Below the pieces are notes generated by a model. The model saw only the letters and a list, made by a program, of their open reading frames with translations, was not told where the DNA came from and did not search any database. The translations under genes and the position numbers were made by a program. Source: Acidobacteriota bacterium (lineage in GTDB: Bacteria; Acidobacteriota; Blastocatellia; RBC074). From it: a stretch of DNA of 64,000 nt. The number at the start of each line of letters is the position of its first letter. Position 1 is the stretch's first letter. Shown piece by piece: positions 30,696 through 42,225 of this stretch. Location: contig JADJLO010000034.1 in assembly GCA_016710075.1 (NCBI GenBank), positions 13,484 to 77,483 of the forward strand. The letters are read 5' to 3'.

Positions 30696-31732
30696 ATGAA
30701 TAGATTGAAATCAAATCTTATCGGTTTATTGATCTTTCTTTGCTTCGGCCTTTTTTTTCAATGCTGCCGGCACGGCAGCGTTTCAGGAGGGTGGGCGGCA
30801 AGCCGGCAATCAAACGTCTTACCCGACGGCGACGCTACGCAGGGGATTTCAAGAATTCATATCCAATCAACGCCGGTGAGAAGCTCGAATTCGAAGTTAG
30901 ATTCTCTCGATTTCCAATCTATGCCACAGTCGGCGTCATCACCTTCCAATTTTTAGGACCGGTGGATTTAAAGTCCGCATTGGAAAACATCGCCAATCCC
31001 GGGCAAATCGTGCCGGTAATCCCCGGGCTCAATATCGACTACAGGCCTCCCGTCAATGAACCGCTGCTGAAACTGCGTGCCTCGGCGGTTTCAAAGGGAA
31101 TTCTGATAGCGATTCTGGGGATCGACGTCAAGGACCGATTCGAAAGCATCGTTGACGGCAACGACTTCTCCGCCCTGCTCAACTTTCAGGATCTGAAAGA
31201 AGGCAAGTCGCACACGGTTCAATCCGCCGTCTTTGACCGTGAAGCCGGCAAGGTAAAATATCAGACCAACGACCTGAACAAACCCGATGCCCCGCCGCGC
31301 ATTAAATCGCTGCCGCTCGAACAGGGGATGATGAGCCTCCTCTCGGCCTTCTATTTCGTCCGCTTTCAAAAATACAAGGAAGGCCAGATGATTCAGTTCC
31401 CGGTCAGCGGTTATGAAGAGAATTATATTTTCGACATCCTGGTTCACAAGCGCGAGAAGATCAATACCGACTGCGGCAAGATCAAGGCTGTGAAACTCGA
31501 GCCCAAACTATTCGGACCGGGCAAGCTTTTCAACCGCAAGGGCGAGATGTTCTTCTGGTTGAGCGACGATAAAAAACACACTCCACTGAGAATGATCGCC
31601 AAAACACCTCAGGGGACTGTTACCGCAAAACTGATGAATTATAAAAACAACTGCCAGATCATCGATCCGGAAGCCCCGGAAGCAGAAGAGAATCAAAAGA
31701 AGAAAACAGACAACAGGCAGCCCGGCAAATAG
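30696..31732 (+). CDS. DUF3108-like protein (LPS-cluster associated); signal-peptide exon is out of frame with the body by one T in a T8 run at 30751-30758
   Basis: [21 protein letters not shown] signal peptide is in a different frame from the 330-aa body ORF (30740..31732). Reading the T-run as T9 fuses them. Confidence 0.5.
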
Positions 31733-31751
31733 CGGCTCCCGGGACATTTGA

Positions 31752-32540
31752 TTGGAGATTATCATGGCTGAAAATGCTGATTATCAAGAGATCATTTATC
31801 AGATTACAAACAACATCGCATGGATCACGCTCAATCGTCCGGATAAACGCAACGCATTGAACGACGGGCTGGTCAACGACCTCAAAGCCGCTTTGAGATC
31901 CGCTGCCGATGACGATCAGGTGCGTGTCATCGTGGTTCGCGGCGCCGGAAAAGATTTCTGTGCCGGCGCGGATCTCTCCCAACTGCAGAAGATCGCTCAG
32001 GCGAACATCCTCGACAATCTGGAAGACGCCGAAGGCTTTTCGGAAATGCTTCTGAAAATGCGGAAGATCAAAAAGCCGGTCATCGCCGCAGTTCACGGTC
32101 GGGCTCTGGCCGGAGGAGCCGGCATCGCCTCGGCTTGCGATCTGGTTCTCGCAGCCAGATCGGCTTCTTTCTGTTACACCGAAGTAAAAATCGGTTTCGT
32201 CCCGGCAATGGTCAACGCCATAGCGCGCCGCAATCTCAGCGAGAAACGGGCATTCGAACTGCTCTGCACCGCCAAACCGCTGACAGCGGAAGAAGCCGAG
32301 AGAATCGGTTTCATCAATCGCGTCTTCGACGACGAAAGCTTCGAGGCCGATGTCGAAAAATATGCCGGCGACATCGCCCGGCTGAGCGCTTCCGCCATTG
32401 GCCTGACCAAGACTCTGCTTTACCAGACAGATGCTATGACCTTCGAACAGGCGCTGCGCGCAGGCGTCGAAATCAACGCCATTGCCCGCCAGACACCCGA
32501 TTGCCGGCAGGGCGTGGAAAAATTTCTCAATAAATCCTGA
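31752..32540 (+). CDS. enoyl-CoA hydratase/isomerase (crotonase) family protein
   Basis: [13 protein letters not shown]...[14 protein letters not shown] oxyanion-hole motif. Confidence 0.8.
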   Translation: MEIIMAENADYQEIIYQITNNIAWITLNRPDKRNALNDGLVNDLKAALRSAADDDQVRVIVVRGAGKDFCAGADLSQLQKIAQANILDNLEDAEGFSEMLLKMRKIKKPVIAAVHGRALAGGAGIASACDLVLAARSASFCYTEVKIGFVPAMVNAIARRNLSEKRAFELLCTAKPLTAEEAERIGFINRVFDDESFEADVEKYAGDIARLSASAIGLTKTLLYQTDAMTFEQALRAGVEINAIARQTPDCRQGVEKFLNKS

Positions 32541-32556
32541 AAAGAGACCAGATAAA

Positions 32557-34098
32557 ATGTCGGCTCAAACGGCTGAGACAATACCTTCTTCAACCTCGAA
32601 ATTACGCTTGTATGTAACGCTCTTCGGAGTGGCCATGGCCATCTTCATGGGAGCCCTTGAAAACACCGTCGTCGGCACGGCGATGCCAACAGTGATAGCC
32701 AGTCTCGGCGGCATAGAGATCTACAGTTGGGTCTTTGCCGCCTACATTCTCGCCTCGACCGTCATGACCCCGATCTGGGGCAAGACGGCCGATCTGATCG
32801 GCAGGCGCCCGGCCATCTTCGGCGGCCTCGCGCTTTTCATCATCGGGTCCGCGCTCTCGGGCGCGTCACAATCGATGGAACAGTTGATAGTATTCAGAAT
32901 TATCCAGGGACTCGGCGCCGCGGCTCTCTTTCCCATTGGCATGACGATTGTCGCCGACATGCTTTCGCTCGAACAGCGGACTAAGATGATAGGCATCTTC
33001 AGCGGGATGTGGGGAGTCGCCAGTCTGGTCGGGCCGATTGCCGGAGGCTACCTGACCGCATACACGCGGCTATCATGGCGCTGGTGCTTCTACATCATCC
33101 TGCCGTTCGGCATTCTTGCGGGCATCATGATCGGCATTTCCTACCGGGAAAGATATGCCCGACGCGAAAATATCTCAATCGACTACGCGGGGATTGTCAC
33201 GCTGACTTCTGCGCTGGTGCTGCTGCTTCTGATAGTCGAGCAGAGCGCGCAGCTTTCACTGTCGAAAAATCTAATCGCCCTGACGGTTTGCGGACTTCTG
33301 CTGGCGGCATTCTTCAGAATCGAAAAGACGCACGCCGACCCGCTGATCCCGCTCAGCCTGTTCAGGAATAAAACCATAGCAGTCGCCACGCTGCACGGAT
33401 TTTTCGCGATGATGGCCCTCATCGGCACGATGTCGTTCCTGCCGCTTTTCGTTCAGGCGGTGATCGGGACAAATGCGGCTGAAGCGGGGAAAGTGCTGAT
33501 TCCCTTCATTATTCCGTGGGTGCTCGCTTCGATCATCGGCGGCAGGTTGATTATGAGATTCGGATACAGAAACCTGGTCATTGCCGGGATGACCTCGATG
33601 TTCATCGGATCGGCATTGCTTACGCGGATCTCGTCCGGCACCACTCTCAAGGGCCTCGCACTCTGCACAATCTTTCTGGGTCTGGGCGGCGGGCTGACGG
33701 TCGTCACGCTCATGATCGCGGCTCAACATTCGGCAGACCGCAAGGAACTCGGCATTACGACCTCGACCGTGCAGTTTTCGCGCAGCATCGGCGCCGCGCT
33801 GGGCACCGCAATCATGGGATCATTGATGACCTGGCGGCTCGGCAGGCTGCTGGCAAACGCCCCGTCTGAGATCGCCGCCCTCGCAAAACACAGCGAGATC
33901 GGCTCGATCGTGACTCCTGAAAGCCGGAAGGCCATGTCCCCGGCCGCAACTGCTTTTCTACAACAGGCTCTGGCGGGTTCGTTGAACTGGGCTTTTACTT
34001 TCGTCTTTTTCGCCGTAATTGCAGGAACTGTCGTCGCCTTCTTCATTCCCCGAGGCCACATCCATCACTTCGAACCCAATGTCGTTCCTCACGAATGA
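32557..34098 (+). CDS. MFS transporter, DHA2-like (14 TM)
   Basis: TM-rich throughout; MFS motif [12 protein letters not shown]. Start taken at MSAQT rather than the ORF-track start, which overlaps the crotonase gene. Confidence 0.8.
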   Translation: MSAQTAETIPSSTSKLRLYVTLFGVAMAIFMGALENTVVGTAMPTVIASLGGIEIYSWVFAAYILASTVMTPIWGKTADLIGRRPAIFGGLALFIIGSALSGASQSMEQLIVFRIIQGLGAAALFPIGMTIVADMLSLEQRTKMIGIFSGMWGVASLVGPIAGGYLTAYTRLSWRWCFYIILPFGILAGIMIGISYRERYARRENISIDYAGIVTLTSALVLLLLIVEQSAQLSLSKNLIALTVCGLLLAAFFRIEKTHADPLIPLSLFRNKTIAVATLHGFFAMMALIGTMSFLPLFVQAVIGTNAAEAGKVLIPFIIPWVLASIIGGRLIMRFGYRNLVIAGMTSMFIGSALLTRISSGTTLKGLALCTIFLGLGGGLTVVTLMIAAQHSADRKELGITTSTVQFSRSIGAALGTAIMGSLMTWRLGRLLANAPSEIAALAKHSEIGSIVTPESRKAMSPAATAFLQQALAGSLNWAFTFVFFAVIAGTVVAFFIPRGHIHHFEPNVVPHE

Positions 34099-34101
34099 AG
34101 A

Positions 34102-34250
34102 AAACAGATTACGAAACAGACGAAAATTCTCAAAGGAGGGGTTCGCGTAAATCAAATATTCCATCTTTCGGGAAAATTGAATGGTCTCGTACATTGACGG
34201 TCAGTATATTTTTCGTTTGTTTCGTTTATTTCGTCTGTTTCGTAATCTAT
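34102..34250. repeat. MITE/BIME-like element, GATTACGAAACAGACGAAA family (inverted pair around ~85 bp)
   Basis: GATTACGAAACAGACGAAAATTC ... TTTCGTTTGTTTCGTTTATTTCGTCTGTTTCGTAATC; lies between convergent genes. Confidence 0.7.
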
Positions 34251-34264
34251 CTCTTCTCTTTTTC

Positions 34265-35041
34265 TCAACTCACCAGCCGGCGTCTCAGGCTTCGCAGAGC
34301 CAGTTCAGCGGTCAGGACGAAGGCGACTATGAGATAGAGCAATTCGAAGACGGTTCTCCAGGAGAAATGCCCGATCATCAGACCGCGCGAAATATCCACT
34401 GCCGCGGTCACCGGCACCAGCCAGGCCAGAACTTGAACCAGTTGAGGCATTTTATCCAGGGGGAAATAGGCTCCAGAGATCCAGAGATATGAAAAAACAA
34501 AGGCGAGATAGAAATTGAAGTAATTGATATCGCGGATTCTGGCGGTGACGATGATCGAAAGGGCCGCGACCCAGAGCGCCGCAATCGACAGGATGAACGG
34601 AATCAGAATGCCCAGAGGAGAAAGGACGGCTCCGAACAGGGAGAGAACCCCGAGGACGAATATCCCGTCAAGCAAAGCTTTTGATGCTCCCCATGCAATC
34701 TCGCCGAGAGCCAGACTTTCAACCTCGACCGGCGTGCACAAGACCGCATCGAAAGTCGATTGATAGACCATTCGAAAATACGAGCCATAAGTGCATTCGA
34801 ACAAGGCGCGCAGCAGCGCGGTGAATGCCAGCAATCCCGCACCGACAAATGTCAGGTAGGGCACTCCCATCACATTGCCTGCGACAAGCGAGCCGACTCC
34901 CCACCCGAATCCCATGACCGTGAAGATGGGCTCGAAAAGCGGCGCCACCATTTCAGTGCGCCAGAGCCTGATGTAAACGTCGTAATTTCTGCGCCATACC
35001 CGAAACAGGTCGCCCGGATTGACATTCGCAAGGGCAATCAT
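34265..35041 (-). CDS. ABC-2 type exporter permease
   Basis: Six TM helices, ABC-2 (NodJ-like) pattern. Confidence 0.75.
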   Translation of the reverse strand: MIALANVNPGDLFRVWRRNYDVYIRLWRTEMVAPLFEPIFTVMGFGWGVGSLVAGNVMGVPYLTFVGAGLLAFTALLRALFECTYGSYFRMVYQSTFDAVLCTPVEVESLALGEIAWGASKALLDGIFVLGVLSLFGAVLSPLGILIPFILSIAALWVAALSIIVTARIRDINYFNFYLAFVFSYLWISGAYFPLDKMPQLVQVLAWLVPVTAAVDISRGLMIGHFSWRTVFELLYLIVAFVLTAELALRSLRRRLVS

Positions 35042-35093
35042 AAAAGTCCTCAGAGTATATTTTTCCCTCAGGCACGCGGACCGGCGGCAGGTA

Positions 35094-36020
35094 TCAAGTC
35101 AGATGGTCCCGATCAGTCAGCCGCAAAAAAACATCTTCCAGATTCGAATGACGAAGGTAGGTCTCGCAATCCTCGTATTCCCTCATCAGCGGGGCAAGCA
35201 TCTCAGCCGTCCTGGCGAAGTAAAAATGGGTTGAGCCACGTTTTTCGGAAATGATCCCGGTCAGATCGTGACGAAGAGCCCTGCCATTAATGCCCCTCGC
35301 CTCCAGCACGAAATGCAGGACGTGCTCGGCGATCAGATCGCGTGGAGTACCGCTCACCAGAATCCGCCCGCGATCGATGATCACCAGCCGGTCGCAGAGC
35401 TTCTCCGCTTCATCCATGTAATGCGTCGAAAGCAGAATGGTCAGTCCCTGCTGCCGCAGCTCTCTCAACTTATCCCAGATCGCAATCCGCACGTGGGGAT
35501 CGAGCCCCGTAGTCGGCTCGTCGAGAACCAGGATCATAGGATTATTGATCAAAGCCCTGGCAATCATCAGCCGTCTCTTCATCCCGCCGGAAAGCGTGTC
35601 GATCCGGGCAGCCCGCTTCTCCCCCAGTTCCACAAACTCTATCAACTCGTCGGCTCGCTTCTCAGCCACATTCCGAGGTATCCGGAAATACCGCGCATAT
35701 ATGAGCAGGTTGCCGCGAACGTTCAAATCCGGATCCAGATTGTTGTCCTGAGGCACGACCCCGACACTCTCCTTGATCGACCGGGGCTCGCGCGTTACAT
35801 CCAGTCCGACAACACTCAGACTCCCACCGGTCAAAGGCGTCCGACAATAGATCATCCGCAGTATCGTGGATTTCCCCGCCCCGTTTGGCCCCAGCATTCC
35901 GAATGCTTCACCATAATTGACTCCAAAACTCACCTTATCGACGGCTGTCAGATTGTCATAACTTTTCAAAAGTTCCCGGGCCTCTATCGCAAAACCCCTG
36001 GGAATTCCATTTACGCTCAT
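35094..36020 (-). CDS. ABC transporter ATP-binding protein (partner of ABC-2 permease)
   Basis: Walker A GPNGAGKST, signature LSGGMKRR, Walker B ILVLDEPTTGLD. Confidence 0.85.
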   Translation of the reverse strand: MSVNGIPRGFAIEARELLKSYDNLTAVDKVSFGVNYGEAFGMLGPNGAGKSTILRMIYCRTPLTGGSLSVVGLDVTREPRSIKESVGVVPQDNNLDPDLNVRGNLLIYARYFRIPRNVAEKRADELIEFVELGEKRAARIDTLSGGMKRRLMIARALINNPMILVLDEPTTGLDPHVRIAIWDKLRELRQQGLTILLSTHYMDEAEKLCDRLVIIDRGRILVSGTPRDLIAEHVLHFVLEARGINGRALRHDLTGIISEKRGSTHFYFARTAEMLAPLMREYEDCETYLRHSNLEDVFLRLTDRDHLT

Positions 36021-36144
36021 TACAAAAAAATATTCAGACTTTCTATATATTTCGGGCTTCTAATACTACCAAGCGGCGAGGCCCCAGTCGCAGTCTTAAA
36101 TCAGTTGCCATAAGACATTTAACAGCAGATGGAGGAAAAACAAA

Positions 36145-36432
36145 ATGAAACGGTCCTTATTTATCACGGTAATTCTACTTCTTGTCATGCTCTCAATTGC
36201 AGCTCCGGCGCAGAATCAGCCTCAGAATCCAAATACCCCTCGAAGAGGCGGACAACGAAACTCTGGAGGTAAATGGCGGAAACTGGATATCAATAATGAC
36301 GGTAGTATTTCTCGTGCCGAATGGAATAAGAAACCCAGAGCATTCGACAGACTGGACGTGAATAGGGACGGCTCCATCACACGTGAAGAAATCAGAGCCC
36401 GCAAAGGGCGCCGGCCCGGCAGAAACGGCTGA
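36145..36432 (+). CDS. secreted EF-hand calcium-binding protein (two EF loops)
   Basis: Signal peptide; DINNDGSISRAEW and DVNRDGSITREE canonical 12-residue EF loops. Confidence 0.7.
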   Translation: MKRSLFITVILLLVMLSIAAPAQNQPQNPNTPRRGGQRNSGGKWRKLDINNDGSISRAEWNKKPRAFDRLDVNRDGSITREEIRARKGRRPGRNG

Positions 36433-36663
36433 TCGATCACCCGGCCATCAAGTTTGAGCGGTCTGTCATGGAGCGGAATGATAAAATTCGCGCATGCCAT
36501 CCGATTCCATTTTCCCACCAGATTTTGTCGCTGAAATCGTGGGAGACAGACCGCTCAAAACCTCGGGCTTTTTACTCACATTCTTCCGATTCTTCCGTCA
36601 ATCTTGTTAATCCCGACAATTTCATTTTTAATATCCGAAAAATATATTGTTTTGGAGGTGAAG

Positions 36664-37238
36664 ATGACCGACACCCTGCCTTCCAGAGAAGATTCCTGGA
36701 TGCTGCTTTGCGAGTGGACCGAAAGCGAGAGCCTGCGAAAACATGCGCGCGGTTGAGCACGCCATATGCGCCTTATGCGCGCAAATATGGCGAGGACGAG
36801 GAGAAGTGGGGACTGATCGGCCTGCTCCATGATTTCGATTATGAGCGATATCCCGATCAGCGCCATCCGCAGCTCGGATCTGAGGTGCTTCGGGAGAAGG
36901 GCTACCCAGAAGACATGATCCGTGCGATTCTTTCACACGCCGATTACACCGGAGTCAAACGCGAGACCCTCATGGAGCACACTCTGTTTGCCACTGACGA
37001 GCTTTGCGGCTTCCTTGTGGCCTGTGCCCTTGTCAGACCAGACAAGAGCTTCGATACGCTCGAGCCTTCATCGGTCAAAAAGCGGATCAAGGATAAAGCC
37101 TTCGCCAGAACCGTACATCGCGACGATTTGTGGAATGGCGCCAAAGAACTCGGCCTTGAATTCGACGAACATTGCTCTTTCGTCATCGCATCTTTGAGGG
37201 ATATACAGGAAGAAATAGGACTGAAGAAGGTAGTTTAA
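36664..37238 (+). CDS. HD-domain phosphohydrolase (~190-aa family), interrupted by two small indels at ~36735-36775
   Basis: GGAGG-ATG at 36664 opens MTDTLPSREDSWMLLCEWTESESLRKHA, then hits TGA. RAVEHAI is in frame +1. ...YARKYGEDEEKWGLIGLLHDFDYERYP...SHADYTG (HD motif) continues in frame +2 to 37238. Confidence 0.7.
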
Positions 37239-37354
37239 ACTTTGTACTTTAAACTCATTAGTCTGTGCCATAAAAAGCTCATTCTCTCCGTTGCGGAAAG
37301 GCCCTGTTAGTTAAAAGTTTGTAGCAGCGCTTTTCCCAAATCGCATCAAATTTG

Positions 37355-37512
37355 CGACCTCCATGGAGTGCGGCGACTTGTCGCCGCTTTGGTATTGTTC
37401 CAGAAATCCTGTTAAATCGGTGGGCGGTTTGCGGTGGATTAGATTTTTCCCAATATTTGAGTGGCCACAGGACTACCAGAGCGGCGACAGGTCGCCGCAC
37501 TCCATGGAGTCC
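37355..37512. repeat. pair of inverted palindromic units (CTCCATGGAGTGCGGCGACnnGTCGCCG) flanking ~90 bp
   Basis: CCATGGAGTGCGGCGACTTGTCGCCGC at 37362 and CGGCGACAGGTCGCCGCACTCCATGGAG at 37480. The CTCCATG / GTCGCC motifs relate it to the 4197 / 6777 element. Confidence 0.6.
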
Positions 37513-37628
37513 GCCTGTTTTCAATGATCCACGTATCATCGGTTCATGCTTTCAACTTTCCGCAACGGAGCTCATTCTTCTCGAACTTGACAGAGATGGC
37601 GCGGATCTGTAGTATGCGAATTTGCCGC

Positions 37629-37712
<84 letters not shown>

Positions 37713-37721
37713 TTATCCCAA

Positions 37722-37757
37722 AGAGGGCGACCGACATTATCCGGTCGCCCTTTTTGC
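37722..37757 (+). terminator. intrinsic terminator after tRNA-Leu
   Basis: AGGGCGACCG-(loop)-CGGTCGCCCTTTTTG. Confidence 0.6.
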
Positions 37758-37759
37758 AT

Positions 37760-37860
37760 GGGAAGTTTAAAGTTTAAAGTTTAAAGTTCAAGGTTTAAAG
37801 TTTAAAGTTCAAGGTTTAAAGTAGCAGGCTCAAGCGTCTCGCTTGCGCTCCAACTCGTTC
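37760..37860. repeat. tandem heptamer array (TTTAAAGT x ~8) followed by GCAGGCTCAAGCGTCTCGCTTGCGCTCCAACTCG hairpin unit
   Basis: GTTTAAAGTTTAAAGTTTAAAGTTCAAGGTTTAAAGTTTAAAGTTCAAGGTTTAAAGT then the hairpin-plus-...ACTCG unit also seen at 15240, 41878, 47882 and 58138. Confidence 0.7.
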
Positions 37861-37886
37861 ACCCATGTCCCGATTAGCTTTAATTT

Positions 37887-39125
37887 ATGAGCAAATTTGA
37901 CGCCTATTCTGCGCTGCGAGTCCGGGATTTCCGCTTTTTTCTTGCGGGGCATCTCATCTCTGTGCTCGGGGTACAGATGCAGACGGTGGCCGTCGGATGG
38001 GAGCTTTACGAAAAGACATCTTCTGCCATGGCGCTGGGACTGGTCGGGTTGATCCAGGTCATTCCGATGCTCGGGCTTGCGCTTCCCGCCGGGCAGTTGG
38101 CCGACAAGTTCGACCGTCGAAAAATCCTGATGTCGGCGACCGTTCTGGCTTCAATCAGTGGGTTCGGACTTGCTGTGGTATCTCTGACCGGTGGCTCTGC
38201 AAAGATGATCTTTGCCTTTCTTTTGCTCAGCGGGATAGGCAGGGCGTTTCAGGGGCCGGCGAGATCGTCATTGATGCCTCAGCTCGTTCCGCTGCCGGTT
38301 TTCGGCAATGCCGTCAGATGGGCGATCGGCGGGTTCGAGCTCAGTTCGATGATCGGCCCGGCGCTTGGAGGCCTGACCATTGCAATGATGAAAAGCGCAT
38401 CCAGTGTCTATATTTTCTCCGGTTTTGCCAGTATCTTCTATTTTCTGATGCTTTCTTTGCTGAGCAAGAGATCATATACGGCTGAGAAGAAAGCTCTAAC
38501 CGAAATAAAATCGAGTCTGAGATCGCTGATAGCCGGTTTCGGTTACGTCTGGAAAACCCGGATTCTCTTTGCGGCGATGTCGCTCGATCTGTTTGCAGTG
38601 CTTTTCGGAGGCGCAGTAGCTCTGCTTCCGGTCTATGCAAAAGACATTCTCGCCGTGGGCCCCACTGGACTCGGCTGGCTCCAGGCAGCGCCGTCGCTGG
38701 GAGCAGTTACAATGGCCCTGCTGACGACTCACCTCCCACCATTCAAAAAAGCCGGCAGGGCGCTGCTGATCTCGGTAGTCGGCTTCGGCATCGCAACAAT
38801 AGTCTTCGGTATCTCCAGAAATTTCATGCTCTCGATTGTCATGTTGTTCCTGACGGGAGCTTTCGATAATATCAGCGTCATTATCCGGCAAACCCTGATG
38901 ACGTTGCTGACGCCGGATGAGATGCGCGGACGGGTTTCAGCCGTCAACGGGATGTTCATCAATGCCTCGAATGAACTTGGGAGATTCGAGTCAGGCTCTA
39001 TCGCATTCCTGTTCGGGCCTGTGGTATCGGTCGTCAGCGGTGGCATCGGCACGATTATAGTCGTCACACTCATTGCCCTGCTTTCACCTCAACTGCGTGA
39101 ATACGGTGAGCTGGAAGGTAAGTGA
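37887..39125 (+). CDS. MFS transporter (12 TM)
   Basis: Hydrophobic throughout; MFS motif between TM2 and TM3 (GQLADKFDRRK). Confidence 0.8.
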   Translation: MSKFDAYSALRVRDFRFFLAGHLISVLGVQMQTVAVGWELYEKTSSAMALGLVGLIQVIPMLGLALPAGQLADKFDRRKILMSATVLASISGFGLAVVSLTGGSAKMIFAFLLLSGIGRAFQGPARSSLMPQLVPLPVFGNAVRWAIGGFELSSMIGPALGGLTIAMMKSASSVYIFSGFASIFYFLMLSLLSKRSYTAEKKALTEIKSSLRSLIAGFGYVWKTRILFAAMSLDLFAVLFGGAVALLPVYAKDILAVGPTGLGWLQAAPSLGAVTMALLTTHLPPFKKAGRALLISVVGFGIATIVFGISRNFMLSIVMLFLTGAFDNISVIIRQTLMTLLTPDEMRGRVSAVNGMFINASNELGRFESGSIAFLFGPVVSVVSGGIGTIIVVTLIALLSPQLREYGELEGK

Positions 39126-39133
39126 AGAAGGAG

Positions 39134-39228
39134 AAAAGAGATTACGAAACAGAGATGAAAATGTTTATTCACTGATTAATCATTTTCGTCTGTTTCGTTT
39201 TTTTCGTCTGTTTCGTAATCTGTTTTGA
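39134..39228. repeat. MITE/BIME-like element, GATTACGAAACAGACGAAA family
   Basis: GATTACGAAACAGAGATGAAAATG ... TTTTCGTCTGTTTCGTTTTTTTCGTCTGTTTCGTAATCTG. Confidence 0.7.
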
Positions 39229-39254
39229 GACGGTTTCGGAATCCGGATAAATCT

Positions 39255-40532
<1,278 letters not shown>

Positions 40533-40561
40533 AAAAAATAAAACTGACGAGTCAAAAGAGT

Positions 40562-41800
40562 ATGAAAAATAAACCCGTAGTATCTACAACCGAAATCAGA
40601 TCTCATTTCCCCGCGCTGGAACGCAAACACAATGGATTTCCCGTGGCCTATTTCGATGGTCCCGGTGGCACTCAGACGCCACGCCAGGTCGCTGAGGCGA
40701 TGAGCGAGTATCTTTTCCATCATAACGCCAACACACACTGGGAATATCCTACCAGCGCCGAAACGGACGAACTGCTGCTGGATGCGCGCCGGACGATGGC
40801 CGAATTTTTCAACTGCCGGGCTGATGAAGTCTCGTTCGGCGCGAACATGACGACGATCACTTTTCATATCGCACGCGCCCTCGGCCGCCGATTCAACCCC
40901 GGCGATGAGATCGTGGTCACAGAGCTCGACCACCACGGCAACGTAGCCCCCTGGCTCGATATGGCGCGCGAGCGCGGCCTGACCGTCCGGACCGTCCGGA
41001 TGCTGACCGAAACCGGACAGCTCGACTGGGATGACCTGGCAGAGTCAATCAATCGCAACACGAAACTGCTGGCCATCGGCGCGGCATCAAATGCGCTGGG
41101 AACAATCAACGATATCCAGCGGGCTGTTCGTATGGCTCACGACGCGGGGGCCCTGGCTTATGTCGACGCTGTCCATTACGCCCCGCACAACCTCGTCGAT
41201 GTCCGTGATCTCGAATGCGACTTCCTGGCCTGCTCGGCTTACAAATTTTATGGCCCACACATCGGCGTTCTTTATGGCAGACACGATCTGATCGAATCGC
41301 TCGACGTGCCGAAACTCGAACCCGCTCCGAACGAAGCCCCCGACCGCCTCGAAACCGGCACTCAGAACCACGAAGGCATCGTTGGCGCAGCCGCAGCCGT
41401 CAAATTCCTGGCATCGTTCGCCGAGGGGAACACGCTTCGAGAAAAGCTGCAAAACTCATACTCGGCCCTCCACGATCGCGGCATGTCGCTGCTCACAAGA
41501 CTCTGGCACGGCCTTAATTCGATCGATGGAGTGACCGTTTACGGCCCCGACCCGAGCCAGCCAAGGACTCCGACCATTTCATTCACATACAAAGAAATCC
41601 CCTCGGTCGAAATAACCAGGCACCTCGTCAAACTCGGCGTCTTCGCATCCCACGGAGATTTCTACGCCCAGACGGTCATCGAAAGACTCGGCAAGGTCGA
41701 TCAGGGCCTGCTCCGTGTAGGCTGCTCCTGCTACTCAACCGAAGAGGAAATTGACAGACTGCTCGAAGGCGTCCGTGACTTCGCCCGGAATTCGAAGTAG
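40562..41800 (+). CDS. class-V aminotransferase-fold PLP enzyme (cysteine desulfurase-like)
   Basis: PLP-Lys context SAYKFYGPHIGVLYG; ~410 aa typical of the SufS/CsdA-like fold. Confidence 0.8.
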   Translation: MKNKPVVSTTEIRSHFPALERKHNGFPVAYFDGPGGTQTPRQVAEAMSEYLFHHNANTHWEYPTSAETDELLLDARRTMAEFFNCRADEVSFGANMTTITFHIARALGRRFNPGDEIVVTELDHHGNVAPWLDMARERGLTVRTVRMLTETGQLDWDDLAESINRNTKLLAIGAASNALGTINDIQRAVRMAHDAGALAYVDAVHYAPHNLVDVRDLECDFLACSAYKFYGPHIGVLYGRHDLIESLDVPKLEPAPNEAPDRLETGTQNHEGIVGAAAAVKFLASFAEGNTLREKLQNSYSALHDRGMSLLTRLWHGLNSIDGVTVYGPDPSQPRTPTISFTYKEIPSVEITRHLVKLGVFASHGDFYAQTVIERLGKVDQGLLRVGCSCYSTEEEIDRLLEGVRDFARNSK

Positions 41801-41805
41801 ATGAG

Positions 41806-41920
41806 AGCGCAGGCGTCTCGCCTGCCGGAATTCAATACTCGAACCCTGGCCATCGAATAGGCTACGATTGAATTCAAGCAGGCGGGGCGCCTGCGGTCCC
41901 ACTCGCTTGTCACTGTTTGT
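41806..41920. repeat. hairpin-repeat element (GCGCAGGCGTCTCGCCTGC - 52 bp - CAGGCGGGGCGCCTGCGGTCCCACTCGCTTGTCACTGTTTGTC); left boundary of the Rhs/TA block
   Basis: The right arm plus tail (43 bp) is 100% identical to 47882-47924. Confidence 0.8.
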
Positions 41921-41967
41921 CGTGTCCCTTCGGTAAGGCGTCTTGACACTGGCATACCGAGATCCCG

Positions 41968-42225
41968 TTAAACACGCCGGTCAGTTTCTCTAATGTGTCT
42001 CTTTCGGTAAGCCGGTGAAATCTGGACTGGATCCTCGCGTCTGATCCATTCCAGTTTACTGAGTTTCTGACAGGCTGCATCCTCAACTCCGCCCATCAGA
42101 ACTTCATCCCACACCGCGGAGGGCACAAGTATTTCGCGAAAGAGTTGGGGCAATAATCCTTCCTGTCCGCTTTTGCAAAGTGTGATCAGCGGAGAGGCAT
42201 TGATTACTGCACGTTCATTGAACAA
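41968..42225 (-). CDS. DUF3368 (PIN-like) toxin, 3'-truncated (~85 of ~150 aa)
   Basis: VINASPLITLCKSGQEGLLPQLFREILVPSAVWDEV matches the DUF3368 N-terminus; the ORF ends early, beside the repeat element. Confidence 0.6.
   Translation of the reverse strand: MFNERAVINASPLITLCKSGQEGLLPQLFREILVPSAVWDEVLMGGVEDAACQKLSKLEWIRREDPVQISPAYRKRHIRETDRRV

Noticed and set aside
34181-34492. ORFs containing FRLFRLFRN / DYETDE peptides (also 52121..52306, 34095..34337 and the first 14 codons of 7290..8018)
   Set aside because: These are translations of the GATTACGAAACAGACGAAA repeat family. The motif recurs at the DNA level in intergenic inverted pairs, not as a protein family.
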